Below, piece by piece: positions 34,009 through 43,091 of a DNA stretch of 64,000 nt. The translations under genes and the position numbers were made by a program. The notes under the pieces were generated by a model. That model did no database searches. It had not been told where the DNA came from and saw only the letters and a program-made list of their open reading frames with translations. Position 1 is the stretch's first letter. Every line of letters begins with the position of its first letter. Source of the stretch: Cryobacterium sp. (GTDB lineage: Bacteria > Actinomycetota > Actinomycetes > Actinomycetales > Microbacteriaceae); assembly GCA_019638935.1 (NCBI GenBank), contig JAHBSW010000002.1, positions 37,968 to 101,967 of the forward strand. The letters run 5' to 3'.

Positions 34009-35742
34009 ATGCTTCTCACCATCCTGCGCCGGTACCTCAAGCCCTACTGGCCCTTCCTCATCGCGGTGGGCGCCTTTCAGCTCGCCCAGTCACTCGCGTC
34101 GCTCTACCTGCCGAGCCTCAACGCCGACATCGTCGACCACGGCATCGCGACGGGCGACATCCCGCACATCCTCTTCGTCGGTGCGATCATGCTCGGGGTC
34201 ACCCTCATCCAGGTCGCCTGCGCGATCGCCGCGGTCTACTTCGGCGCGCGCCTGGCCATGGCGCTCGGTCGCGACCTGCGCCGTGGCATCTTCTCGACCG
34301 TGAGCGAGTTCTCCGAACGCGAGGTGTCGCAGTTCGGCGCACCGTCCCTCATCACGCGCTCGACCAACGATGTGCAGCAGGTGCAGATGGTCGTGCTCAT
34401 GACCTGCACGCTCTTCATCTCGGCACCGATGCTCGCCATCGGCGGAATCGTCATGGCGCTGCAGCAGGATGTCGGACTCTCCTGGCTCATGGCGGTGAGC
34501 ATTCCCGTGCTGCTCCTCGCCGTCGGCGGGATCATGGCCAGGATGGTGCCGCTCTTCCGGGTGATGCAGAAGCGCATCGACCGCGTGAACCTGGTGCTGC
34601 GCGAGCAGCTCACCGGCATCCGGGTCATTCGCGCCTTCGTGCGCGAGCGTGAGGAGACCGACCGTTTCGCCAAGGCGAACGCCGAGCTCACCCAGACCGC
34701 GGTGACGGCCGGGCGCTACTTCGCCCTCATGTTCCCCATCGTCATGCTCGTCATGAACGTGTCGAGTGTCGCCGTCATCTGGTTCGGCGGCATCCGCGTC
34801 GACGAGGGAGCCATCGAGGTCGGCACGCTCATGGCCTTTCTGCAGTACCTCATGCAGATCCTCATGGGCGTCATGATGGCGACGTTCCTGGGCATCATGC
34901 TGCCGCGCGCGGCCGTCAGCGCCGACCGCATCGGTGAGGTGCTCGAGACCAAGACCTCGGTTGTCATGCCCGGGGATGCTGTCACCGAGCTTCCCGAGAC
35001 CGGCACGGTTGAGTTCCGTGGCGCCGGCTTCCAGTACCCGGGCGCCGAGGAGCCGGTGCTCGCCGACCTCACCTTCCGGGTGGAACGAGGCTCCACGACC
35101 GCGATCATCGGCAGCACGGGTGCGGGCAAGACGACACTCGTCAATCTGCTGCCACGGCTGATCGACACCACCGAGGGGGCCGTGCTCGTCGATGGCGTAG
35201 ACGTGCGCGAGCTCGATCCCGACGTTCTCTGGGGCACCATCGGCCTCGTGCCGCAGAAGCCCTACCTCTTCTCGGGAACCGTCGCGAGCAACCTGCGCTA
35301 CGGCAAGCCAGACGCCAGCGACGACGAGCTCTGGGCGGCGCTCGAGATCGCCCAGGCGAAGGACTTCGTGCAGGAGCTCGACGGTGGCCTCGATGCCCCC
35401 ATCGCCCAGGGCGGCACGAATGTGTCCGGTGGACAGCGTCAGCGTCTCGCCATCGCGCGAGCGCTCATCAAGAAACCCGAGATCCTCGTCTTCGACGACT
35501 CGTTCTCCGCCCTCGATTCGGGCACGGATGCTCGCCTGCGCCACGCGCTCGCCCGCAAGGTCACAGGAGTCACCAAGATCATCGTCGCCCAGCGTGTGTC
35601 GACGATCGTCGAGGCCGAGCAGATCGTCGTGCTCGAGAACGGTCGCGTCGTCGGGATCGGCACCCACGACGAACTCACGGAAAGCAACGAGACCTACGCC
35701 GAGATCGTCTCGTCGCAGTTGACGGCGGAGGAAGTGGCATGA
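34009..35742 (+). CDS. ABC exporter fused permease/ATPase, subunit 1 (degenerate catalytic site)
   Basis: Six-TM domain plus NBD: Walker A GSTGAGKTT, signature VSGGQRQR, Walker B ILVFDDSFSALD with Asp where the catalytic Glu is expected. Start ATG 34009 lies inside track ORF 33304..35742. Confidence 0.88.
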   Translation: MLLTILRRYLKPYWPFLIAVGAFQLAQSLASLYLPSLNADIVDHGIATGDIPHILFVGAIMLGVTLIQVACAIAAVYFGARLAMALGRDLRRGIFSTVSEFSEREVSQFGAPSLITRSTNDVQQVQMVVLMTCTLFISAPMLAIGGIVMALQQDVGLSWLMAVSIPVLLLAVGGIMARMVPLFRVMQKRIDRVNLVLREQLTGIRVIRAFVREREETDRFAKANAELTQTAVTAGRYFALMFPIVMLVMNVSSVAVIWFGGIRVDEGAIEVGTLMAFLQYLMQILMGVMMATFLGIMLPRAAVSADRIGEVLETKTSVVMPGDAVTELPETGTVEFRGAGFQYPGAEEPVLADLTFRVERGSTTAIIGSTGAGKTTLVNLLPRLIDTTEGAVLVDGVDVRELDPDVLWGTIGLVPQKPYLFSGTVASNLRYGKPDASDDELWAALEIAQAKDFVQELDGGLDAPIAQGGTNVSGGQRQRLAIARALIKKPEILVFDDSFSALDSGTDARLRHALARKVTGVTKIIVAQRVSTIVEAEQIVVLENGRVVGIGTHDELTESNETYAEIVSSQLTAEEVA

Positions 35743-37766
35743 GCGAGGAACAGAGGAAGACGTCGGCGGGTGGCGCACAGGCGGTGCAGCGTCCGCCCGC
35801 GCGCGGTCACGGTCCGATGGCGGGTGCGGGCATGCCCGCCGAGAAGTCGATGAACTTCGGCCCCTCGGCGATGCGTCTCATCCGTCGACTGCGTCCGGAG
35901 TGGTTCGGCATCATCGGCGTCGTGCTGTTCGCGATCGCCAGCGTCGTCACGAGCGTGATCGGCCCCAAGATCCTCGGTGAGGGCACGAACCTCATCTTCG
36001 AGGGGGCGTTCTCGAAGCAGTTCCCGGTGGGCGTCACCCAGGACCAGCTGATCGAGCAGCTGCGCGCCAACGGTGAGACGGCGCTGGCCGACCTGCTCAG
36101 CGGAATGCAGCTCGTTCCCGGTGCGGGCATCGACTTCATGGCGCTCAGCTGGGTGCTCATCGGCGTGCTGCTGCTCTACTTCTTCTCGTCGGTGTTCGGC
36201 TGGTTGCAGGCCTACGTGCTCAACGATGTCGTGCAGCGCACCGTCTACCGCCTGCGCGAAGACATCGAGTCGAAGATCAATCGCCTGCCGCTCAGCTACT
36301 TCGACAAGACCCCGCGCGGGGAGCTGCTCAGCCGCACGACGAACGACGTCGACAACATCTCGCAGAGCCTGCAGCAGACTCTGAGCCAGATCGTCACCTC
36401 GCTGCTCACGGTCGTCGGCGTGATCGTCATGATGTTCCTCATCTCACCGCTGCTGTCGGCGATCGCGCTCGTGACGATTCCGCTCACGGCCGTCATCACG
36501 GTGGTCATCGCGAAGCGCTCGCAGAAGCTCTTCGTGGCGCAGTGGAAGAACACCGGAGAGCTCAACTCGCAGATCGAGGAGAACTTCACCGGACACGCCC
36601 TCGTCAAGGTCTTCGGTCGCCAGAAGGAGGTCGCCGCGGTCTTCGACGAGAAGAATGAGGAGCTCTACCGGGCGAGCTTCGGCGCCCAGTTCATCTCGGG
36701 CATCATCATGCCCTCGATGATGTTCGTCGGAAACCTCGTCTATGTCGCCATCGCCGTCGTCGGCGGTCTGCAGGTCGCGGCGGGGTCGATGCGTCTCGGC
36801 GACATCCAGGCGTTCATCCAGTACTCGCGCCAGTTCACGCAACCACTCACCCAGCTCGGGAGCATGGCGAACCTGCTGCAGTCGGGCGTCGCCTCCGCCG
36901 AGCGCGTCTTCGAGCTGCTCGACGCCGAGGAGCAGAGGCCCGACAGGCAGGCTCCGGATGCCTCGCCCGCCGACTCTCCGACCGTCACCCAGGGCCGGCT
37001 CGAGTTCGAGAACGTCTCCTTCCGCTACGTCGAGGACAAGCCGCTCATCGAGAACGTCAGCCTGCTGGCGCAGCCCGGACACACGATCGCGATCGTGGGG
37101 CCGACGGGCGCGGGCAAGACGACGCTCGTCAACCTCATCATGCGCTTCTACGAGCTCGACTCGGGCCGCATCACGCTCGACGGTGTCGATGTCGCGACGA
37201 TGACCCGCGACGATCTGCGCTCGCGCATCGGCATGGTGCTGCAGGACACCTGGCTCTTCGGCGGGACGATTCGCGACAACATCGCCTACGGCCGGCCCGA
37301 CGCGACCGAGCAGGAGATCATCGACGCCGCGACGGCGACCTACGTCGATCGTTTCGTGCGCACGCTGCCCGACGGCTACGAGACCGTGCTCGACGACGAG
37401 GCGTCCAACGTCAGCGCGGGCGAGAAGCAGCTGCTGACGATCGCGCGCGCGTTCCTCGCGAAGCCGAGCGTGCTCATCCTCGACGAGGCGACGAGCTCGG
37501 TCGACACGCGCACCGAGGTGCTCGTGCAGCACGCGATGGCGGCGCTGCGCAGCGACCGCACGAGCTTCGTCATCGCGCACCGCCTGTCGACGATTCGGGA
37601 TGCCGACCTCATCCTCGTGATGGAGGCGGGACAGATCGTCGAGCAGGGTACTCACACCGAACTGCTCGAGGCGGGCGGTGCCTACGCGCGCCTCTACGAC
37701 GCGCAGTTCGCCGGCCCCGTGCTCGACGAGGAGGAACTCGCGACGGGCGCGATCCCGGTCGTCTAG
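35739..37766 (+). CDS. ABC exporter fused permease/ATPase, subunit 2 (canonical site)
   Basis: Walker A GPTGAGKTT, signature VSAGEKQL, Walker B VLILDEATSSVD. ATGA overlap with subunit 1. Confidence 0.9.
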   Translation: MSEEQRKTSAGGAQAVQRPPARGHGPMAGAGMPAEKSMNFGPSAMRLIRRLRPEWFGIIGVVLFAIASVVTSVIGPKILGEGTNLIFEGAFSKQFPVGVTQDQLIEQLRANGETALADLLSGMQLVPGAGIDFMALSWVLIGVLLLYFFSSVFGWLQAYVLNDVVQRTVYRLREDIESKINRLPLSYFDKTPRGELLSRTTNDVDNISQSLQQTLSQIVTSLLTVVGVIVMMFLISPLLSAIALVTIPLTAVITVVIAKRSQKLFVAQWKNTGELNSQIEENFTGHALVKVFGRQKEVAAVFDEKNEELYRASFGAQFISGIIMPSMMFVGNLVYVAIAVVGGLQVAAGSMRLGDIQAFIQYSRQFTQPLTQLGSMANLLQSGVASAERVFELLDAEEQRPDRQAPDASPADSPTVTQGRLEFENVSFRYVEDKPLIENVSLLAQPGHTIAIVGPTGAGKTTLVNLIMRFYELDSGRITLDGVDVATMTRDDLRSRIGMVLQDTWLFGGTIRDNIAYGRPDATEQEIIDAATATYVDRFVRTLPDGYETVLDDEASNVSAGEKQLLTIARAFLAKPSVLILDEATSSVDTRTEVLVQHAMAALRSDRTSFVIAHRLSTIRDADLILVMEAGQIVEQGTHTELLEAGGAYARLYDAQFAGPVLDEEELATGAIPVV

Positions 37767-37772
37767 CCCTCG

Positions 37773-37860
37773 TTGGTTGAGGAGCGCGCCCGCGCGCGTC
37801 TCGAAACCACCCCGATCGTTGGTTTCGAGACGATTCGGCTTCGCCGAATCCCTCAACCAG
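37773..37860. repeat. REP-like palindromic intergenic element, copy C (inverted dimer; between convergent ABC gene and FAD oxidoreductase)
   Basis: TTGGTTGAGGAG-cgcgcccgcgcgc-GTCTCGAAACCA followed by TTGGTTTCGAGAC-gattcggcttcgccgaatc-CCTCAACCAG. Confidence 0.75.
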
Positions 37861-37915
37861 CAGGCTTGCTCGGAAGCGACGGCCGAGGCGACCTTCACCT
37901 AGTGCTCCCGCGCAC

Positions 37916-39298
37916 TCACCCGCCGACGAGCGGTGCCATGAGCCTCGCCGCGAGCGAGGGGCGGCGCGTGACGCGCTCCTCGGCATCGGCGATGCTCATG
38001 GCGAGCAGCCCGAGGTTGGCCCCGATGAAGCGCAGCGGCTCGGGTTCCCACTGCGGTGAGCGGTGGCCGACCCAGGGAAGGGTCGTGAGCTCCGATTCGG
38101 TGTTCGTCGCGAGGTGCGCGACCGTGCGACCCGCGAGGTTCGTCGTGCTGAGGCCGTCGCCGACGTAGCCGCCCGCCCAGATGACGCCCGAGGTGCGGTC
38201 ATGGTCGACGCCTGCGTGCCAGTCGCGGGGCACACCGAGCGGGCCGCCCCAGCCGTGGGTGATCGCGGCATCCCGAGCCTGCGGAAACAGCTCGCCGAGC
38301 GTGCGCCGCAGGTGCTCGAACACGCGCGGCACGCGATCGTACTCGCCGCGGATGGCGCTGCCCCAGTGGTAGCGCGCTCCACGGCCGCCGAACGCGAACC
38401 GGTTGTCGGCGGTGCGCTGCCCGTAGATGAGGAGGTGCCGGAAGTCGGCGAAGGTGTGGCCGTGCTCGATGCCGAGCTCGTCCCAGACGTGATCGGGCAG
38501 CGGCTCGGTCGCGATCATGAGCGAGTACAGCGGCAGGATGCGGCGCCGCGTCTGCGCGAGCGTCGCACCGTAGCCCTCGGTCGCGACGACGATCGTGCCG
38601 GCTCGCACGGTGCGGACCTCCCGGCCGGCGCGCGTCGTCACGAGCCCCGGTTTCCACTCCGTCACCTCGGTGCGCTCGTAGATTGTCGCGCCGAGGCTCT
38701 CGACGACCCGCGCGAGCCCGCGGACGAGCTTGCCGGGGTGCAGGCGCGCGCAGGAGGGGTCGAGCAGTGTTGCGAGCGTTCCTGTGGCCCCCGTCTGCCG
38801 GTCGAGCCAGCGATGCCGGTCGACACCGTATTCGGCTGACTCGGCAAGCTCGGCCTCTGCGCGCGTCAGCTGCGGCTTCGACCGCGCGAACAGCAGCGTG
38901 CCGCGCTTCGCGAAGTCGCAGTCGATGCCCTCAGCGGCGGCGACACGGCCCACCTCGTCGATCGTGTCGATCATCGCCTGGCGCATCGCTATGGCATCCG
39001 CTCGCCCGTGCCGACGCTCGAGCGCGCTCGTCGACGCGGGGAACAGCGCGGAGCACCACCCGCCGTTGCGGCCCGACGCGCCGAAACCGGCGATCTCCCT
39101 CTCGAGCACGGCAACCGTCAGCCGCGGTTGCTGCTTGAGCAGGTAGTACGCGCTCCACAGCCCCGTGAGACCTCCGCCGATGATGGCGACGTCGACGTCG
39201 ATATCGCCGTCGAGGGCGGGTCGGGGTGCCAGCGTGTCCGTGTCCGCCGCAACGAGCGAGTCGAGCCAGAAGCTCACACCGCGATAGCTCGACTCCAC
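37916..39298 (-). CDS. FAD-dependent oxidoreductase (DAO family, gamma-glutamylputrescine-oxidase-like)
   Basis: Dinucleotide motif DVAIIGGGLTGLWSAYYL. Start at GTG 39298, preceded by GGAGGAG. The upstream part of track ORF 37916..39904 overlaps the aminotransferase and is rejected. Confidence 0.82.
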   Translation of the reverse strand: MESSYRGVSFWLDSLVAADTDTLAPRPALDGDIDVDVAIIGGGLTGLWSAYYLLKQQPRLTVAVLEREIAGFGASGRNGGWCSALFPASTSALERRHGRADAIAMRQAMIDTIDEVGRVAAAEGIDCDFAKRGTLLFARSKPQLTRAEAELAESAEYGVDRHRWLDRQTGATGTLATLLDPSCARLHPGKLVRGLARVVESLGATIYERTEVTEWKPGLVTTRAGREVRTVRAGTIVVATEGYGATLAQTRRRILPLYSLMIATEPLPDHVWDELGIEHGHTFADFRHLLIYGQRTADNRFAFGGRGARYHWGSAIRGEYDRVPRVFEHLRRTLGELFPQARDAAITHGWGGPLGVPRDWHAGVDHDRTSGVIWAGGYVGDGLSTTNLAGRTVAHLATNTESELTTLPWVGHRSPQWEPEPLRFIGANLGLLAMSIADAEERVTRRPSLAARLMAPLVGG

Positions 39299-39419
39299 TG
39301 CTCCTCCAGATCGATTGAACGTGGTGTGACGCTCCCCAGGGCGGCGACGTGCTCGCCGCCGAACGATCCACGCTCTCAGGCCAACCGCGGCGCGCCACAG
39401 GGGCGGCGGCGCGACAGAG

Positions 39420-40862
39420 TTACAGCCTGGTCCACGCCTCGGTGAGCACCGAGCGCAGGATGCCCTCGATCTCGTCGAATTCGCTCGGCCCGATCGTGAG
39501 CGGCGGCGCGAGCTGCACGACGGGGTCTCCCCGGTCGTCGGCGCGGCAGTAGAGACCCGCGTCGAAGAGCGCCTTGGAGAGGAACCCGCGCAGCAGCCGC
39601 TCCGACTCGTCGTCGTCGAAGGTCTCCTTCGTCGCCTTGTCCTTGACGAGCTCGATGCCGAAGAAGTAGCCGTCGCCGCGCACGTCGCCGACGATGGGCA
39701 GGTCGAGCAGCCTCTCGAGCGTCGCACGGAACACGGGCGAGTTCTCGCGCACGTGCGCGTTGAGCCCCTCCTCCTCGAAGATGTCGAGGTTCTCGAGAGC
39801 GACCGCGGCAGACACGGGGTGACCGCCGAAAGTGTAGCCATGGTAGAACGCGGTGTCGCCGTGGCGGAACGGCTCGTACAGCTTCTCGCTGATGATCGTC
39901 GCACCGGCGGGGGAGTAGCCGCTCGTGAGCCCCTTCGCGCAGGTGATCATGTCGGGCACGAAGTCGTAGGTGGTGGAGGCGAACATGTTGCCGATGCGCC
40001 CGAAGCCGGTGATGACCTCGTCGGCGACGAGCAGCACGTCGTACTTGTCGCAGATCTCGCGCACGCGCTGGAAGTAGCCCTCGGGTGGCGGGAAGCATCC
40101 GCCCGAGTTCTGCACGGGTTCGAGGAACACCGCGGCCACCGTCTCCGGACCCTCGAAGAGGATCATCTCCTCGATGCGGTTCGCCGCCCACTGGCCGAAC
40201 TCGAACCTGCGGTCGCCCTCGCCGTTCCAGACGAAGCCCATCTCCTCGGCGCGATAGTAGTTGGTGTTGGGCACGCGGAATCCGCCGGGAGTGATCGGCT
40301 CGAACATCGCCTTCATCGCGGGGATGCCGGTGATCGCGAGGGCGCCCTGCGGGGTGCCGTGGTACGCGATCGAGCGCGAGATCACCTTGTGCTTCGTGGG
40401 CTGACCCTTGAGCTTCCAGTAGTACTTCGCGAGCTTGAACGCGGTCTCGACGGCTTCGCCGCCGCCGGTCGAGAAGAAGACGTGATTGAGGTCACCCGGT
40501 GCGTAGTCGGCGAGTCGGTCGGCGAGCTCGATGGCCGAGGGATGCGCGTACGACCAGATCGGAAAGAAGGCGAGCTCTTCGGCCTGTCGCGCGGCTGCTT
40601 CGGCGAGGCGCTTGCGGCCGTGACCGGCGTTGACGACGAACAGGCCGGCGAGGCCGTCGATGTAGCGCTTGCCGTTGACGTCCCAGATGTGGTGGCCGTC
40701 GCCGCGCACGATGATCGGCACGCCCTCTTTCTCCATGGCGGACTGGCGGGCGAAGTGCATCCACAGGTGGTCCTTCGCCTTCTGCTGGAGATCGGCGCTG
40801 TCGTAGCGGGTGCTGCCGTGTTCGCTGCGGGTGGTGCTGACAGAACTATCGGTGACTGTCAT
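39420..40862 (-). CDS. class-III (omega) aminotransferase, putrescine/beta-alanine--pyruvate type
   Basis: 480 aa. Motifs FFSTGGGEAVETAFK, LLVADEVITGFGR and TCAKGLTSGY (PLP lysine). Confidence 0.88.
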   Translation of the reverse strand: MTVTDSSVSTTRSEHGSTRYDSADLQQKAKDHLWMHFARQSAMEKEGVPIIVRGDGHHIWDVNGKRYIDGLAGLFVVNAGHGRKRLAEAAARQAEELAFFPIWSYAHPSAIELADRLADYAPGDLNHVFFSTGGGEAVETAFKLAKYYWKLKGQPTKHKVISRSIAYHGTPQGALAITGIPAMKAMFEPITPGGFRVPNTNYYRAEEMGFVWNGEGDRRFEFGQWAANRIEEMILFEGPETVAAVFLEPVQNSGGCFPPPEGYFQRVREICDKYDVLLVADEVITGFGRIGNMFASTTYDFVPDMITCAKGLTSGYSPAGATIISEKLYEPFRHGDTAFYHGYTFGGHPVSAAVALENLDIFEEEGLNAHVRENSPVFRATLERLLDLPIVGDVRGDGYFFGIELVKDKATKETFDDDESERLLRGFLSKALFDAGLYCRADDRGDPVVQLAPPLTIGPSEFDEIEGILRSVLTEAWTRL

Positions 40863-40913
40863 TCTCTTTCACATCCCTTGTGGTGTGTTGTTGCGGGGGC
40901 CAGGGCGGGCGCT

Positions 40914-41387
40914 CTAGCGGGTTCCCCAGTTGTAGAACTGTTTGACGAGCTTGAGGTAGACGAAGGTCTCGGTGGCGATGACTCCGGGGATCGCCCGAAT
41001 CTCCTGGTTGAGCAGTTCGATGAGGTCGTCGTCGTCTTCGCAGACGACTTCGGCGAGGATGTCGAAGCTGCCCGCCGTGAGCACGAGGTAGTCGACGGCG
41101 CGCATGCGGCTGAGCTGGGCGGCGACCGCCCGGGTGTCGCCCTGCACGCGGATGCCGATCATGGCTTGACGGTAGAAACCGAGTTGCATGGGGTCGGTCA
41201 CCGCGACGACCTGCATGACCCCCGCGTCGTTGAGCTTCTGCACGCGCTGTCGTACGGCCGCCTCGCTGAGCCCGACCGCTTTGCCGATCTCGGAGTACGA
41301 GCGACGGCCGTCGGTCTGCAGCTGTTCGATGATGTGCTTCGAGACATCGTCGAGCTGGATCGGTTTCGCCGCGGGGTGCTGTCCCAT
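40914..41387 (-). CDS. Lrp/AsnC family transcriptional regulator
   Basis: HTH SYSEIGKAVGLSEAAVRQRVQKL. Start at ATG 41387 (MGQHPAAKPIQLDD), which lies inside the longer track ORF. Confidence 0.85.
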   Translation of the reverse strand: MGQHPAAKPIQLDDVSKHIIEQLQTDGRRSYSEIGKAVGLSEAAVRQRVQKLNDAGVMQVVAVTDPMQLGFYRQAMIGIRVQGDTRAVAAQLSRMRAVDYLVLTAGSFDILAEVVCEDDDDLIELLNQEIRAIPGVIATETFVYLKLVKQFYNWGTR

Positions 41388-41511
41388 GTATCGATACTGA
41401 CAGTACGGATGCCTTTCTTCAAGTGGATTCGCATATATCGGGTAGCGAAACGACGAAATCAGTAGCATCAGGGGGTGCATTCCGTCCGAGTCCTCGCTAT
41501 ATTCGGGAGGC
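41388..41511. promoter_or_regulatory. AT-rich divergent promoter/operator region between lrp and the aldehyde dehydrogenase gene
   Basis: My hand count gives 63 G+C in 124 nt (about 51 percent), in a window whose coding DNA is visibly far more GC-rich. It contains TATCGATA and ATATATCG stretches. Confidence 0.45.
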
Positions 41512-42963
41512 ATGAGCACCCCTGAGCCCACCAGCGTCGCAGCACTGAAGAACTTCATCGGCGGCGAGTTCGTCCCCGCTCGAACCGACGAGGCCTTCGA
41601 CGTGGTCGACCCCGTCGACGAGAGCGTCTACGCCTCGAGTCCGATCTCGAGCGCCGCGGATGTCGACGCAGCCTTCACGGCCGCCGCGAACGCCTTCGAG
41701 ACCTGGGGCGAGTCGACGCCGGCCGAGCGCCAGCTCGCGCTCTTCCGCATCGCCGATGAGATGGAGCGCCGCGCCGACGACTTCGCCGACGCCGAGTCGA
41801 AGGACACGGGCAAACCGCGCGGCTCCCTCGTCGAGGACGAGATCCTGCTCTCCGTCGACCAGATCCGGTTCTTCGCCGGCGAGGCCCGCCACCTGAGCGG
41901 CATGGCCACCGCCGAGTACATGCCGAACCACACCTCGAGCATCCGGCGCGAGCCGATCGGTGTGATCGGGCAGGTCACGCCCTGGAACTACCCCCTCAAC
42001 ATGGCTGTCTGGAAGTTCGCCCCCGCGCTCGCGGCGGGCAACACCACGGTGCTCAAGCCCTCGGACACCACACCGACGGCGACGCTGCTGCTCGCCGAGG
42101 TCGCGGCCGAGTTCCTGCCGCCGGGCGTGCTCAACGTGATCACGGGTGATCGCACGACCGGCGCAGCGATGATCGAGCACCCGACTCCGCAGATGGTGTC
42201 GGTCACCGGCTCGGTGCGCGCGGGTATGGAGGTGGCGCGTGCGGCATCGAGCGACCTCAAGCGCGTGCATCTCGAGCTGGGTGGCAAGGCGCCCGTCGTG
42301 GTCTTCGACGACGCCGACATCCCGCGGGCCGTCGAGGGCATCGCCACGGCGGGCTACTTCAACGCCGGGCAGGACTGCACGGCCGCGACCCGCGTGCTCG
42401 TGCACGAGGCCATCCATGACGAATTCGTCGCCGCTCTCGCCGACCATGCGAAGACCCAGGTGCGCACGGGCGCGCCTGGCGACGACGTGCTGTACGGGCC
42501 GCTCAACAACGTGAACCAGTTCGAGCGGGTCACGGGGATGCTCGACGCTCTCCCGTCGCACGCGAGCGTCGAGGCCGGCGGCACGCGCCAGGGCGCGAAG
42601 GGCTTCTTTCTGACCCCGACCGTGGTGAGCGGGCTGAAGCAGGATGACGATGCCGTGCAGAACGAGATCTTCGGCCCCGTCATCACGGTGCAGCGGTTTG
42701 CCGACGAGCGCCAGGCGCTGGAGTGGGCCAACGGCGTGCGCTACGGACTCGCGAGCTCGGTGTGGACCCGCGATCACGCCCGCGCGATGCGCTTCGCGAA
42801 GCATCTCGACTTCGGCTGCGTGTGGATCAACACCCACATTCCCATCGTCGCCGAGATGCCGCACGGCGGCTTCAAGCACTCGGGCTACGGCAAGGACCTC
42901 TCGTCATACGGTTTCGAGGACTACACGCGCATCAAGCACGTCATGTCGTACATCGGTGACTGA
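41512..42963 (+). CDS. NAD-dependent aldehyde dehydrogenase (gamma-aminobutyraldehyde dehydrogenase-like)
   Basis: Motifs VTPWNYPL and LELGGKAPVVVF (catalytic Glu), then the Cys region NAGQDCTAATR. Confidence 0.9.
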   Translation: MSTPEPTSVAALKNFIGGEFVPARTDEAFDVVDPVDESVYASSPISSAADVDAAFTAAANAFETWGESTPAERQLALFRIADEMERRADDFADAESKDTGKPRGSLVEDEILLSVDQIRFFAGEARHLSGMATAEYMPNHTSSIRREPIGVIGQVTPWNYPLNMAVWKFAPALAAGNTTVLKPSDTTPTATLLLAEVAAEFLPPGVLNVITGDRTTGAAMIEHPTPQMVSVTGSVRAGMEVARAASSDLKRVHLELGGKAPVVVFDDADIPRAVEGIATAGYFNAGQDCTAATRVLVHEAIHDEFVAALADHAKTQVRTGAPGDDVLYGPLNNVNQFERVTGMLDALPSHASVEAGGTRQGAKGFFLTPTVVSGLKQDDDAVQNEIFGPVITVQRFADERQALEWANGVRYGLASSVWTRDHARAMRFAKHLDFGCVWINTHIPIVAEMPHGGFKHSGYGKDLSSYGFEDYTRIKHVMSYIGD

Positions 42964-42966
42964 AGT

Positions 42967-43064
42967 GTCTGACACGGTTTGGTACAACTGACACCGCTCG
43001 AGACGGGTGTCTTGTACCAAACCGCATCAGACGCTCTCGTTTCGAGACGGCATCGGTCTCCTCC
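42967..43064. repeat. compound hairpin plus degenerate REP-like core (copy D) downstream of the aldehyde dehydrogenase gene
   Basis: 21-nt arms GTCTGACACGGTTTGGTACAA / TTGTACCAAACCGCATCAGAC (2 mismatches) enclose an inner GACACC...GGTGTC hairpin. These are followed by CGTTTCGAGACGG, the core shared with copies A-C. Confidence 0.55.
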
Positions 43065-43079
43065 TGTCGACGGCCAACG

Positions 43080-43085
43080 TAGGAT
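43080..43085 (+). promoter_or_regulatory. possible -10 hexamer (TAGGAT, TANNNT type) for a leaderless transcript starting at the FHA gene
   Basis: The hexamer ends 6 nt before GTG 43092, and no Shine-Dalgarno sequence is visible in between. Confidence 0.2.
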
Positions 43086-43091
43086 TGGCGA

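Noticed and set aside
33304-35742. 812-aa ORF extending the first ABC exporter subunit upstream
   Set aside because: The extension overlaps the TetR gene in another frame. The ABC membrane domain starts at MLLTILRRYLKPYWPF (ATG 34009), 5 nt after the TetR stop.
37916-39904. 662-aa version of the FAD oxidoreductase ORF
   Set aside because: The N-terminal 202 codons overlap the 3' end of the aminotransferase gene in another frame and are Arg/Ser/Thr-rich nonsense. A GGAGGAG ribosome-binding site followed by GTG 39298 sits just before the FAD-binding motif.
39753-42879. 570-aa plus-strand ORF (39753..41465) and 460-aa minus-strand ORF (41497..42879)
   Set aside because: They are antisense to the aminotransferase/Lrp genes and to the aldehyde dehydrogenase gene respectively, and show no motifs.
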